Positions 27,722-39,807 of a DNA stretch of 64,000 bases are shown here, piece after piece. Below the pieces are notes generated by a model. The model made no database searches. It was given only the letters and a program-made list of their open reading frames with translations, and was not told the DNA's origin. This DNA is from Oculina patagonica (taxonomy: Eukaryota). The first letter of the stretch is position 1. Each line of letters opens with the position of its first letter. The stretch lies in contig NC_135771.1 in assembly GCF_052425735.1 (NCBI RefSeq), positions 24,986,001 to 25,050,000 on the forward strand, written 5' to 3'. The position numbers and the translations under genes were made by a program.

Positions 27722-30700
27722 TCACAGTTCTCCGCCGTGTTCGTGGGGAAATGTCGAGTCTCCAACGTTTTGACAGGCAGCTGGTGTTCTGAATTCCATA
27801 AGATATTCACATCGGCTAGGCTCCGAGACTTGGATTACTTCGTTTGTTGAGCCACAGCGAAGGTTAATCTGTAAGGAAGAGAATAAAAAATTAACATTGA
27901 TTCTATCAGTTACCGCCACAGACAGATAATTTGCACTGAATTTGACTGGTCACGGAGGCAAGATTACGTGACAAGGCAAACGAATGGGTTACGTTTGCAA
28001 AGAAAGCTTGACTCTGTTCATGTTGTTGTCACTTACATACATATAAGCGGATTTTCGACTTTACAATCACGTCTCCCTAGTCCGCTTAAACACCTTATTT
28101 TCGCAAGGTTTTAAAATTTTACAAGAATTTTTTACCATGATAATTTGCAATGAGATAGGTATGTCATCAGTTTCCTTTCTTTCAAGCGATAAACTTTCGC
28201 GCGTTTAATTTTTGTTAAGCGATTTGCATAAAAAAGACGCCGAAATAAAGGCATTAATAAAGGAATGAACATCTTTTGGAGGCAAGTGGTTTTTCTGATT
28301 GGATAAAAACAAGCGAAAACTCTTAGGTAATATAGTAGTACGAGGATTTCGGGAAAATAACACACAAAACCACAAAAGCAGTCCATGACTTACCTCAGCT
28401 GATCTGCTTGGTCCATTCCAGCAGCTCTGTCCTCCTGAATACTTCATACGACTGTACTTGTTTGGATGCCCAGTCCACTCACCCCAGGTCCTAAAACAAA
28501 TATGAAACAGGTTTGTTCTAAAACAAATCGAAAGCAGGTTTTAAACAGCGTAGTTTACTTCAGTACTGAGATCGTGTTTGGAAGTTGTTACTTAGATGTT
28601 AAAATCGAAATCAGGGTTCAAAAGTTCTTTAGAATTTCTTTCACCTCCGTGGTCACTTCTGGAAGGTTTCACTGGGGCTTAAAATGCGTATGGTCTAAAC
28701 CAATCAAAGTTGAGCTTGGTGATTTGCAAGTTATACTCACCCTAGAGAAGTCTCTGAGCCTCCATCCTTAGGCTGCTGAGAAGCTTTGTCAAACGGACAA
28801 AGTTTGTACAAATACCTGAAAATGTTAAAAGCAGACGGTGACCATACATGTCACTGAATTACAATGTACAAAACTACTTTCAAGGCCAAGGAAACCTCGC
28901 TGAGGCAATAATAAATCAAAGCGGAACAAGAGTTTAAATAGACATGTATCATTCAAGTCTTGGCGCTTGTAGATTAGTGTCTTGTTCGTCTGTTTGGGTT
29001 CGTCGTAGTCATAGTGTGAATTTAAGTTCTAATTACTCACTCTCTGTCGGTATATTCAAAACACTGTCCTTGAAGCGGAGAAAACTCTTCTTCTTGACCA
29101 AGATTCAGGTTCAGTGATCTTTCAAGGTCACTAAAAAGCAAACAGCAAATAAATAAGATTGATAACTTTACTAAACGATAGCAAGGATCTGACAGTCAAC
29201 GAGAAAGATGTCAAGTTACAGCACCTGATTTCTCTTTCTGTTTCCCGTGAAGTTGATTCTGCATCATCAAATTGTTTTCTGGCATCGTCAGCAACTGAAA
29301 AAAAAAAAAGATGTCAAAACATTCGGACCTTCTCACAATGTCAATGTGGAACCAGTTGCCAGCAAACGCCAAATCCTCGACCACCTTGGCACATTTTCGA
29401 GCTAGTTTAAATGGCATGAAGTTTGCTGGGTGCCAGTGTATGAACTGTATATCGTTTTATCTTGATTTTTTTTTGGAACATATATATATATAATTATGCT
29501 TCTTGTGCAAACTAAAACTTTTAAATTTTAATATTACCTAGGATGCTTTCATATTTCAATTCTATATTTATATTAGCATCTCTTTTTAAATTCTATTTTT
29601 AATGATTTTAATGTAATAGTAATGTAAGTAATTGTATTGTAAATAGTCGTGCGTTTTTAACATGAGCTCCTGGCTTGGGAGATTGGGCAACCACTCCCAA
29701 CGTTACCGACTTTAAATAAAATAGCTATACCTATATCCCTATTGCATGAGTATTGCATGACATGGATCCGAGCACGATATGATATTGTAGTGTATTGCGT
29801 GACATGGGTCCGAGCACAATGTGATATTGTAGTGTATTGCGTGACATGGGTCTGAGCACAATGTGATATTGTAGAATGTCGTATGACATGGGTCCGGGCA
29901 CAATCTCATTTTGTAGGGTATTGCGTAACATGGGTCCAAACACAATAAATGAAGCTAGACATAGCGGTCATTCAATACAATCCAGAAATTATTATTCCTG
30001 GAATGCATGATCAGGTATGAGTTGTGTGTTAAAGCATGAGTCTTGGTCAGTTCACTTTTTGGAATAATTATACTTAGTTTGACTTACCAGAAATTTTTGC
30101 TTTTGTTTCCTCATCATAATCTGGCATCTTTAATTCATCATCCTTATTATCTGTAACGTATGTAACAGAACTGTGTAAATTAAGAGACAGAGGTTTTTTC
30201 CACAGCAGAATCCTGATTTTCTGGAATCCTAGATTTCTCTTACATGAACCAAAAGTTGTTTCCCTTGGATTCGCGTAACTAAGTCAAACACTGCAATTTT
30301 ACCCCCGATTTCTCGAAACTCCCAATTTCTCAAACCAATTTTTGCTTAGTTTCCATTGGAGGTTCGAGAACTTGTTATTCACTGTAGTAGTTAGAAAACA
30401 GTTTTTCCAACTTTTATCCTGAACACCAGCATAAGGCAGGGACAAAAAAGCTCTTATTGCAAAGTGTCAGGAAGCAAAGTTTGTTTTTGTTTTTTGACAC
30501 TTTGTACAATTATTTGAGCATTTTTATGGAACTAAAGGAATAAAAGCAATACCGGTACTTAATTTTAACTTATAAGGGTCTGGAAGTAATAGATTTAACT
30601 GCACATAGAAGAGTTTATCGCAAGAACTCCCGATTTCTTGAACCTATTTTTGTTTCTCTGGAGGTTCAAGAAATTGGAATTCCATTGTTAGTGGTAGTGA

Positions 30701-33700
30701 AAAAAACAAATATATATATGACTGGATTTATGAAAACCAGGTTAGTGAAATTTTCACAGTTGTTAGCGCAAAGTAGACTCCAAAGTAGAGTATAAAAACT
30801 AAAGTGAATGTCACTTTTTTCTCCCTCCTCTCTCTTTCTTTCAGCACTGTAGTTCATTTTTCCTCCAGCATGTTTTTAGGCCACATGCCAGTGTTGTACT
30901 GGTCAACACTCAGGCCCGGTTTTCTTTGACCACGTTTTCATAAATCCAGTTATATATATTTTTTCAACTTTTATGCTGAACACAAGCATAAGGCAGGGAC
31001 ATAAAAGCTCTAATAATTTTGCAAAGCATCAGAAAACAGACCTTTTTTTGTCTTTTGTTACTTTGCACAATTATTTGAGCATTTTAATGATGCTAAAAAT
31101 AATGAAAGCACCTCTTAATTTCAACTTAGAAGGGTCTGGCAGTAACAGATTAAACTGCACAGAGAAGAGAAAGGTTCATGTCAAGAGTTGTCACATCTGT
31201 TTCTTTCAATTACCCTTACTTCAACTATTTCTGTACAAAAATCAGTTTCTTTAAACATGAATTTTTTTGTGGGAGGTGCGGCGGGCTTATAATTAGTGTG
31301 CTGGACCCAGATCATGCGGTCTGGATTTGAGCTCTGGTCGGGGTAACTATGTTGTTTTCTTAGACAAGACACTTCACTCTTCAATGCCTCTCTCCACCCA
31401 GGTGTATAAATGGGAACCAGTGAATTTAATGCTTCAGGGTAACCCTGCAATGGACTACCATCCCATCACGGGGGGAGTAACAATACCCCTAAGGAGTATT
31501 CCTACTCCCCCTGGATGGGATTTAGTCCTAGTTGCTTCATGCTTCTGAAACCAGGTTAGAAGCTCTGGCCTGATGGGCCACTATAGGCTTGAACACAGAC
31601 TTTACCTTAAACATGACTCACCTTCTGTGGCTTCAGAAGCTCTTTTCTCTGCTTCTTGTTTAATGTCGTCAGAGTGGTCCTCCCCTTCATCTTCATCATC
31701 TTCCTCATCCTCGTCGTCATCATCATCACCAGGCACTGGAGGAAGATCTTCATCATCAAAATTGTCGTCAATTGGCGGCGGTACTTGAGGTGCCTCAGTT
31801 GAAGCAGCTACAGCAAAGGATAGAAAATAAAAAATCTCATCAGTGATTAGATCCTGAATTCTCAATACCTTTTTGTAACCCATTTAAGTGTTCAGGGCCC
31901 CGTTTCTCGAAGGTCCAGAAAAAAATTTTCACACCCACAAAGACATTAGCCAAATCTCAAACCCCATGATTATACATAGCTGTTTTATTCACATATTTTT
32001 AATATAAACAGAGGTCCCTTACATACAAAGTTTCAGGCCTATACATTTCTGTTTTTAAGATACAGATAGCTAAAATTGGATTTGCAGGCCTGAAAAGTTT
32101 CTGGGGCTTGTTAAAAATGGGCTGCAGGAATGCAAAGTAAAGCAACAATGTTATAATTTCTTCATTAAATGTCTTCATTGCTTGCCATCCACATCTTTAA
32201 TACATGTAATTTATGACAGAAAACATTTGTTTTTGAAGACAAACCTTCAGTTGCTTTTTCTTCACCTTCAGTTGTTGCTGATTCATCAGTTGGTGGTGGC
32301 TCAGGCTAAATTTAAAAAAAAAAAAAGAAAATTCAGGACAAGTTCAGAGGAGTGCATTAAATCTGTTGATTACTCATTGAATGTATTTTACTTGCGTCAC
32401 ACATTTTGATAATAAGGAAAGTGGTCATAACAAGTGTACTCGATGAGGACCCACCTTGTGTAGGGGTAGGGGGGTTATGCAAGACACCACCTGTCTGATA
32501 AGCCAAATGGACAAAATTTATTGGCCTCAAAATTCAAGTTGAGACTTTTATATGAGGTGTGCATGAAGCTTGTACTGCTGGAGAATTGTTACTGGGAGGT
32601 CTGAATCTTTTTCTTATTCTCTACAAACAAGACAGCATCTTTTAAGGTGGGGAAGAGGGGGGAGGGGGGGGGGTACACAAAGAGACCACCTGCACCTGTC
32701 TCTTTGCACAGTGGTGGGTTCTGTCTGAGTACAATAGTTTTGACCATTTCCCTAAAACAACTAAAGATTTGGAATTAATAGAGCAGTTTGCTCTTACTGA
32801 GTAAGTACTATGACCTTCCCCAAGTTCAGGTGAAAAAAAAAAACAGAGAATACCAACCTCTTTGTGAAGGTATTTGTCCTTGAAGTTGCTCCACAGACCT
32901 GAGAAAAAGTCTTCAAATTCTGACTCTTCATATCCACCAAGCAGTTCCTAACAATAAAATAATGAAAAATACTGACTCAGTGAAAAATGACAACGAACCA
33001 CATGTACAACATTAGTAGGATATCTGGGGTAGACCAGGTAGGGCCACCATCCTTTGAACAACATAAATCACATCCTTGCCACCACACCCACCCACCCACC
33101 CCTTCCCTACCACCCCATCCCCCCTGAACATAATTTATCTGGACTTGACATATGCTGTAGATGTACCATTTGGGGTTGTTTCACTTGATACAGAGAAGTA
33201 AAGTGCCACTGTAAGAGGATTAAAAGTGTCTTGCCTAAGAACAGACTAACACAAATAATGATCTCTGGCTGGTCGGAACTCAAACATGGATGATTTGATC
33301 TGGCTGGAGTCTAACCCTTAGGCCTCCATGCCTTACCAGTGCAGTTCAGTGTCACTTTGCAAATGATTCAAACTAACCTTGGCCTCATCCTCATTGTATT
33401 TTTTATCCAAAAGTTCTGTATCAACAATTTCTTGTACTGTGATACTGCAGAAGAAAAAACAAAATTTCAGGATTAGAAAGGACAGTACACATGCTACATA
33501 TGGTATAACTGAAGACACACGTCGACGAAAGGCACCTAAAAACTAATGTTTTATTGTTCACGTTCATTACCGTCCATCCTCGTTAGTGTCTAAAGCCTTA
33601 AATGCCGTCTCTGCTGATGCTCTATCTCTTTCTGCCAAAAGTTTGGTCTTGGTTTCTAAAAAGAACATACAATGTAAACAAAACAATGATCACAGAATAA

Positions 33701-35755
33701 ATAAATAAATATATAATGGTTTATTTACATTCCAAAAAATATTGACTCTTCTATGCAAAAATTTAAAACAAAGATATATATAAAATAAAAAATGATGATG
33801 AAAAAACTTTGTTTTAATATACAACATGCTATAAAATATAAGATAAAAGATATATTATAATCAATTGTCTGCAGCTTTGCTCTTGAAGTGAGCTTTGGAG
33901 TAATTGATATTGAAGTAGCTATCACAGACAATTTGGTTTTAATTAATAAATTTTCTGTTGCCATGCAAACTTTCACTCAGGCAATAAGTTGCACATTGAA
34001 TGAATTGGTAACAGGCATGTTGCTCTCCTTTCTCTTCTCGGCTCAAGTGAACAATCAATATTGGCAAACTGAGTGCGATTCACAGAGAAAGGGCATGATT
34101 TCTCACAGTGAAAATAAAAACACATGTAATTACTCATTAATTAGAGACAAAGACTTTATTCTTTTGATCGTAACTTGCATGAGTTTTAACAAGTGACGGC
34201 AACATCATACTCATCACAACCATCACAAAAATCTACATTACTACTAAAGAATGATAATGATAAAATAAAAAACCTTCTCACCTTCCCATTCTTTTTCATG
34301 TTTGTCCTTGGCTTCTTTTTCTATTGCTTCAACTTCCTCCTTTTTAGCTGCAATGAGTAACAAATTATTAAAAGAAGCTAACAACCATTACATTTATTGT
34401 TTACAACTACATACAGGAACAGTGATATACCAGTAATAACATTCTACATTTTAGATAATGATGTATATTGATACCTTTCAAGTTTTCCACGACAGCTTTC
34501 TTCTCTTCCAACTGTTTCTTTAGTTCTTCAAGCTTTTGCTAAATAAATGATAAATGCATTATGTTAGCAGGTAAAAATAGCAGCAACAGCAACAACAACA
34601 TATTTAAAACATTTGCACCTCATAAAATAACAGACATACCTTTCTTTCTTCTTTTTTCTCCTGTCCTTGCCTGCTATAATCTTGTTTTATAGCTGAACCC
34701 TTAAATTGACAAAATATGGCCATTGACCACCAGTTAACAATGATTTTGCCAAGCCTTATTCATAATGATACTAAATACTGATGAAGTGGTCTAGATTGAT
34801 TGCAAAAGAAACAAGACTCACCTGTTTTGCCAGTTCAGCTTCTTCTCTTTGCTTTTGATACAGTTCCTTATAAAGCTCCCTGAAACATGCATCACAAAAA
34901 TATTTTTGATATTGCACTGGTGAAAAATAAACAGTTATTAATAGAAGTTACATTCCAATTGTGAGAAGTGTAGGTACAATCTGAAGAATGTTTCATATTC
35001 AGACAGNNNNNNNNNNNNNNNNNNNNNNNNNNNNNNNNNNNNNNNNNNNNNNNNNNNNNNNNNNNNNNNNNNNNNNNNNNNNNNNNNNNNNNNNNNNNNN
35101 NNNNNNNNNNNNNNNNNNNNNNNNNNNNNNNNNNNNNNNNNNNNNNNNNNNGAAAAAGTTAAGCTACAGTAAATTATGTCATTCAGACCCCACCACACCC
35201 TTTACAATTCAGTACACCTTTAGTTAGTTATTATTAACATAAATAAGCATAATTATGCTTTATTAATAAATTTTCTGTTGCCATGCAAACTTTCACTCAG
35301 GCAATAATTTGCACACTGAATGAATTGGTAACAGGCATGTTCCTCTCCTTTCTCTTCTCGGCTCAAGTGAACAATCAATATTGGCAAACTGAGTGCGATT
35401 CACAGAGAAAGGGTACTAACAACTTCTTACAATCTTCTTACTTCTTAAAATCAGCAAAGTACTGTACTAGACTGCTCAATTAATACAAAGAAATCATTTT
35501 TTGATCCTTACTTGCACGTGTTTGGACAAGTGACGGCACCATCATATTCATCACTACCATCACAGCAATCTAAATTTCAACAAATAATTATTTGGATTAG
35601 AATATGCACTTACCAAACGTACATGTATGTACAAATAATAGTTCATAATAACATTATTTGAGGAGCTTTCAACACTCAGGTCAAGAAGAATAACAGAGTG
35701 GTTGAAAGTGGGCAGTCAAGCGTTAAATACTACCTCTATCTACATGTATATAATA

Positions 35756-35835
<80 letters not shown>

Positions 35836-38800
35836 TACTTAATTGACCACTCCCCAATGGGGTTTTTCAGGGCCAATGTGAAACAAATATTGTAAATGAA
35901 CATAACATGGTTAAAAATCCCAACTGGCAGGAGGCAGACCAGTTGGCTATTTACAAACGCAGCCGAGGAGTTGAACTCAGAACTACCGAGAACAACACCA
36001 GCTGGTGGTCATATAGCAGTGTAAAACTACGGTGTTTAGTCTAAAGAGAAAATTGTAGAGAACCCCCAGGTTTTTTTCAGGGTGGGAGGGATTGGGGATA
36101 TTTTTAGAATGGAGGGAGTGGGGAGGAGCAGAAAAGTTGAGATATTTTGAGTATTATTTTTGGTACTAAATCACAGGATCATTTGCAGCCCCCTCCCCTT
36201 TTTCTTTTAAGTTTCCTCCCCACACCTCCCAAGAATATTAATATGAAATGCATTTACAATATTCACATTTAGTAATTTAAGTTAAAGGAGAACTTATATT
36301 TATTCCCATTCCAGTCAAGCGAAGCCAAGAAAAGTGAACTACAAATACTACATACCACATATACCATCATTGACTCTAGATGAGGGAATATTCAAAGGTC
36401 TAAATCCAGCATTTGCACAATGATATTTTCCATCAGAGCAAGCTGATGTCCCTGAAAAACATAAAACACAACAAACTGTTAGTGTTTGTGTATGGTATAT
36501 AATTTCTGCTCATGTTAATTATTGTCCTCTTTTCCTGCTATAAGGCAATGATTACCAGAAACAGAAAAAGAGAAATAGAATCATCAAGAAATGCCAATTT
36601 TTGTTGAGTGTAACATTTTGTGGTAGTTTTAATCCAACAGTATTTTTGATGTGAAAATATTAAGTACTTTTGATGTCTGATTTTCAGTTAACTTTAACTG
36701 GTTCAAAACTGGTTACAAAATGTTCAGGCACTCGTTGTTCAAAGGATTGATAATGCTGTCCACTAGGCACACTATCCAGTGGATAGAATAGTTTGTTTTG
36801 TCAATGGGGCCCAGTTGTTCAAAAGGTGGAGAACGCTATCCACCGGATAGCCAGCGTAGCTTGGCGTTCTAGTCAGTCGGGGAGAGCGAGAAATCGCGCG
36901 CGGGAGCAAAGCGACGGCGGAAGGCAGAAGGAAAGAAAGAACGCCAGCCGCCAGACGCCTCTTAAACGGGAGAAATCTTTCGAATTAGCGGCCTCCAGAG
37001 GCCGCTAATTCCCATTGGCTAAAATTGCTTATCTGTCCTGTGATTGGTTTGTTGGCTTTAATTTATTCCAAATGACTCATTCGCATGCACGCAACATTCA
37101 GGCCGCTCAATTAGCATTTGACAAGTGACGAGTGAAGCAAAGCAGTGTGAATTACACATGGATGCTATTGCAGGCAAACAAACTCGGCAGTGATCATTTG
37201 AAACTTTAACTGGTTTTCTTCCCCCGCTTCGACTCGCAGATGAATTTTTCTTTGGACCTCCCGAATTTGCAGACATTTTGCAAAAATTAATATGAGCCTG
37301 ATAATTTCCCGGGGTTTATTTGTTTTGTACATCCTGTACCACACGTGAGTTTGACAGAACACGTCACCTTTTTATTTCCGGTCTTCACAAATTACGCGTA
37401 TTATTTACATATTTACGATCATTTACGTGAAAAGATTTCTCCCGTTTAAGAGGCGTCTGGCGGCTGGCGTTCTTTCTTTCCTTCTGCCTTCCGCCGTCGC
37501 TTTGCTCGCGTGCGCGATTTCTCGCTCCCCCCGACTGACTAGAACGCCAAGCTACGCTGGCTATCCACCGGATAAATCACTATCCAGCAGACAAGTGTTG
37601 GCAAAACAAACACTACGCTTCCTACTAAATAGTGATTTACATGTATCAGGTGGATAACATTATCCACCCTTTGAACAACTGGACCCAGGTCAATAGCAAT
37701 TATCCAGCGGTTAGTGTTATCTCCTTCATGAATAACTATGCTTTGGTTTAATCATGTTTGATGACTCAATCCAATATATCAAGCTCAATCAATGGATTTT
37801 GTTTGATTGATTATACAAACTGTACCTGGCTCGTCAGTACCATCAGCACAATCACAGAAATCGTCATTTACACTACTAAAAGGAACAGTAAGGGAACCAT
37901 CTAAACACGTGAAGTCTTTTAAAGGATCATAAAATGGTAACACTGTAGAAACAAAACAAAAAAAGAAAAAGGTCAACTGGTGATAATCATAGCTATTTGA
38001 ACAAGATATACAGTAGAACCCTGGTAACTCGAACTCTGAAGGGAAACGAAAAACTGTTCGAGTTATCGGGGTTTCGAGTTATCAGGGTAGATTGAATATT
38101 TAATTTGCCAAGTTAATAATTGATAGCTTACTGATTTTTCAGCACCTCAGTATACAGCACAGTGCAAATTAAACTTATCTCGTCAGAAACTCTAATACGA
38201 TCATAAATTCTTAGGATAAGAGTGGAAAAAGGCTGTCAAATAGGTGATCTGTTTTGTTACTCTAATCAATGGGCAACCGTGGTGAGTTGCAAGAACCGGA
38301 ATTCGAGTTATCGGGGTAAATTTGACCCAAATTTTGATCAAGGGAAACAAAATTTAGTTCGGGTTAGCGGGGTTTTCGAGTTATCCGAGTTCGAGTTAAC
38401 CGAGTAAAAATGACGTAAAAGTGAGTTCAAATCCAAGGGAAATGGAAGTATGTTCGAGTTAGCGGGGTTGTTCGAGTTATCCGAGTTCGAGTTACCGGGG
38501 TTCTACTGTACATGTACTGTGTTGTTCCAGAAAATATCCATACCCCTCACGCGAAGATTTTTTGGTTTGAATCCCCCCTCTCTGTAAATTCCAGTTGAGC
38601 CCCATACTTGCCTTTAAAAATTTTGGCTTTTGAGATCCCCCCACCCCCTCAGAATTTCCAATGACCTTCCGTGGGGTGGGAATGGATATTTTCTGGAACT
38701 GCGCATCAGCGATAAATGCTGTAACATTACCACCAGAAAAAGTCTTGATTTCAAATGGGGTAAAAAATATCCAGACTATTATTTATCATGTGGCAACTTT

Positions 38801-39586
38801 CTTCATGCATTGCCACAAGAAAAAAAGCTTTTAGTTTATTTTATAGCCAAAACTTTCAACTCTTATTTTGATATCTAAGGTGTGCAGTAGGAGGAAATGA
38901 CACTGCAAACCGACATAAAATTAATTTTCATCAGGATTCTGAAACTTTGGTTGGCCAGATCAAGGGAGCACCTGAGGCAAAATAATGTCAAAAATAATTC
39001 CAATTTTTTTTTTTAGTTCGCAAAGGGATGCCATTTCATCTGAAGTCTTTTTAACTCACTACATTAATAACTGTAGTTATTGTCAAAATTTGAGAGCTCA
39101 AAACAAGCATATGAAGTGTTTATTAAATGGCCGGGTAATCTACAAGTAATCTAAACTGGGCGTTATAATCACGCAGCTGCAAACCTCAATTAAATGGTAA
39201 AAGATTACACAGTATATATACAAATACCTACTGTTTAAAACCCACAAATTTGAACAACTCTTATAATAGAAATAACACAATAATTCAAATGTCATTTCAT
39301 AGGGAAATCAAATCTCCTCATACTTATAGGAACCAATGCAATTAAGTATGTAAAATCATTAAAATATAAGGTGACCTCTGAAAATTTTTCTCTTTTCGAT
39401 ATTTGATGACACTTCATTGAAACCAAAAATTGGACGAATAAAATTGTACTGAGAAATGAAATACTTACTAGTAACTGCAACTCCCCTAATACTTGAAGCA
39501 GAAGCTATATACGAACTAAAAAGCCGAAGAAAAAGAAAAACTAAAGAAAGATATTCTACACGAGAAATGGAACGAAACGCCGCCAT
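27722..39586 (-). CDS. PRKCSH: Glucosidase II beta subunit, 19 exons, ~555 aa
   Basis: Exons 39469-39586, 37826-37942, 36356-36451, 35512-35569, 34822-34879, 34640-34699, 34475-34538, 34282-34347, 33571-33655, 33378-33444, 32858-32947, 32245-32305, 31622-31807, 30088-30150, 29225-29294, 29041-29130, 28741-28815, 28394-28490, 27722-27868 (1668 nt). Signal peptide; [35 protein letters not shown]; EF-hand-like DTNEDG; acidic tract; MRH domain ([24 protein letters not shown]); ends HGGEL. Confidence 0.95.
29330..29735 (+). mobile_element. 5'-truncated LINE 3' end (CR1/L2-group-like)
   Basis: Peptide [27 protein letters not shown] resembles the WNxLP ORF2 C-terminus; followed by an AT-rich 3' UTR and AATAAA. 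Confidence 0.65.
29748..29946. repeat. 42-bp minisatellite, ~4.7 copies
   Basis: Unit GTATTGCGTGACATGGGTCCGAGCACAATGTGATATTGTAGT; period 42 (29791 vs 29833). Confidence 0.9.
31271..31608 (+). mobile_element. tRNA-derived SINE (degenerate)
   Basis: tRNA-like head, CAAGACACTTCACTCT..CTCTCCACCCAGGTGTATAAATGGG core, CTTTACCTT tail; related fragments at ~33150-33330 and 42868-43716 (minus). Confidence 0.65.
34175..34232 (-). pseudogene. Decayed duplicate of PRKCSH exon 4 inside intron 8
   Basis: Reads (D)[17 protein letters not shown] versus true exon 35512-35569 (D)[18 protein letters not shown]; flanking intron 33943-34093 is near-identical to 35263-35413. Confidence 0.85.
35007..35151. other. 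Assembly gap (145 N) in PRKCSH intron 4
   Basis: Run of N; flanking exons join in phase (CKELY), so no coding exon needs to be missing. Confidence 0.98.
35751..36010 (-). mobile_element. SINE-like fragment with long (TTA)n tail (35751-35835)
   Basis: About 28 AAT units abutting a repeat body, consistent with a retroposon tail on the minus strand. Confidence 0.55.
36848..37563. mobile_element. 716-bp non-autonomous DNA transposon, 133-bp TIRs, TAG..CTA ends, 9-bp TSD (AcademH-like, or MULE-like)
   Basis: Arms 36848-36980 and 37431-37563 differ at about 3 positions; TCCACCGGA duplicated at 36839-36847 and 37564-37572. Confidence 0.9.
38011..38508. mobile_element. Tigger/pogo-type MITE, TA TSD
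   Basis: TA|CAGTAGAACCCTGGTAACTCGAACTC..GAGTTCGAGTTACCGGGGTTCTACTG|TA with repeated TTCGAGTTA. Confidence 0.88.
38518..38704. mobile_element. MITE (GTTCCAGAAAATATCCAT / ATGGATATTTTCTGGAAC)
   Basis: 18-bp perfect subterminal inverted repeat. Confidence 0.75.
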
Positions 39587-39807
39587 GTTGAATACACGTG
39601 TCGTCTGACTAGGAGACTAAGGTGAGCCTCGTTCCGATATTTGACCGCGAGGAGCTGGTGCACTATAGTTGAGTTTCCCGCCAAATAAGCAATCCGCTGT
39701 GCACAAGATACGTCACAGATATTTTCGTACTTTCGTTTCGTGTGGCTGACCAACCATTCCTTCAGCGTAATATTCCAGTAGAGGTTGTTGTTTTTCTACT
39801 TTTTCTC
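39587..39807. promoter_or_regulatory. Probable bidirectional promoter / 5' UTRs between PRKCSH and DNAJC14
   Basis: Divergent ATGs 221 bp apart; CpG-containing; TTTCCCGCC (E2F-like, ~39674), CACGTG (~39595), ACGTCA (~39710). Confidence 0.6.

Noticed and set aside
29748-29946. Regular repeats superficially like a CRISPR array
   Set aside because: Head-to-tail 42-bp units with no unique spacers, no cas genes, and inside a eukaryotic intron.
31271-31345. tRNA-like sequence
   Set aside because: Degenerate SINE head; no intact cloverleaf, and it continues into a SINE body.
35007-35151. Missing PRKCSH exon in the N gap
   Set aside because: Exons 4 and 5 join in phase and the protein looks collinear with known orthologues.
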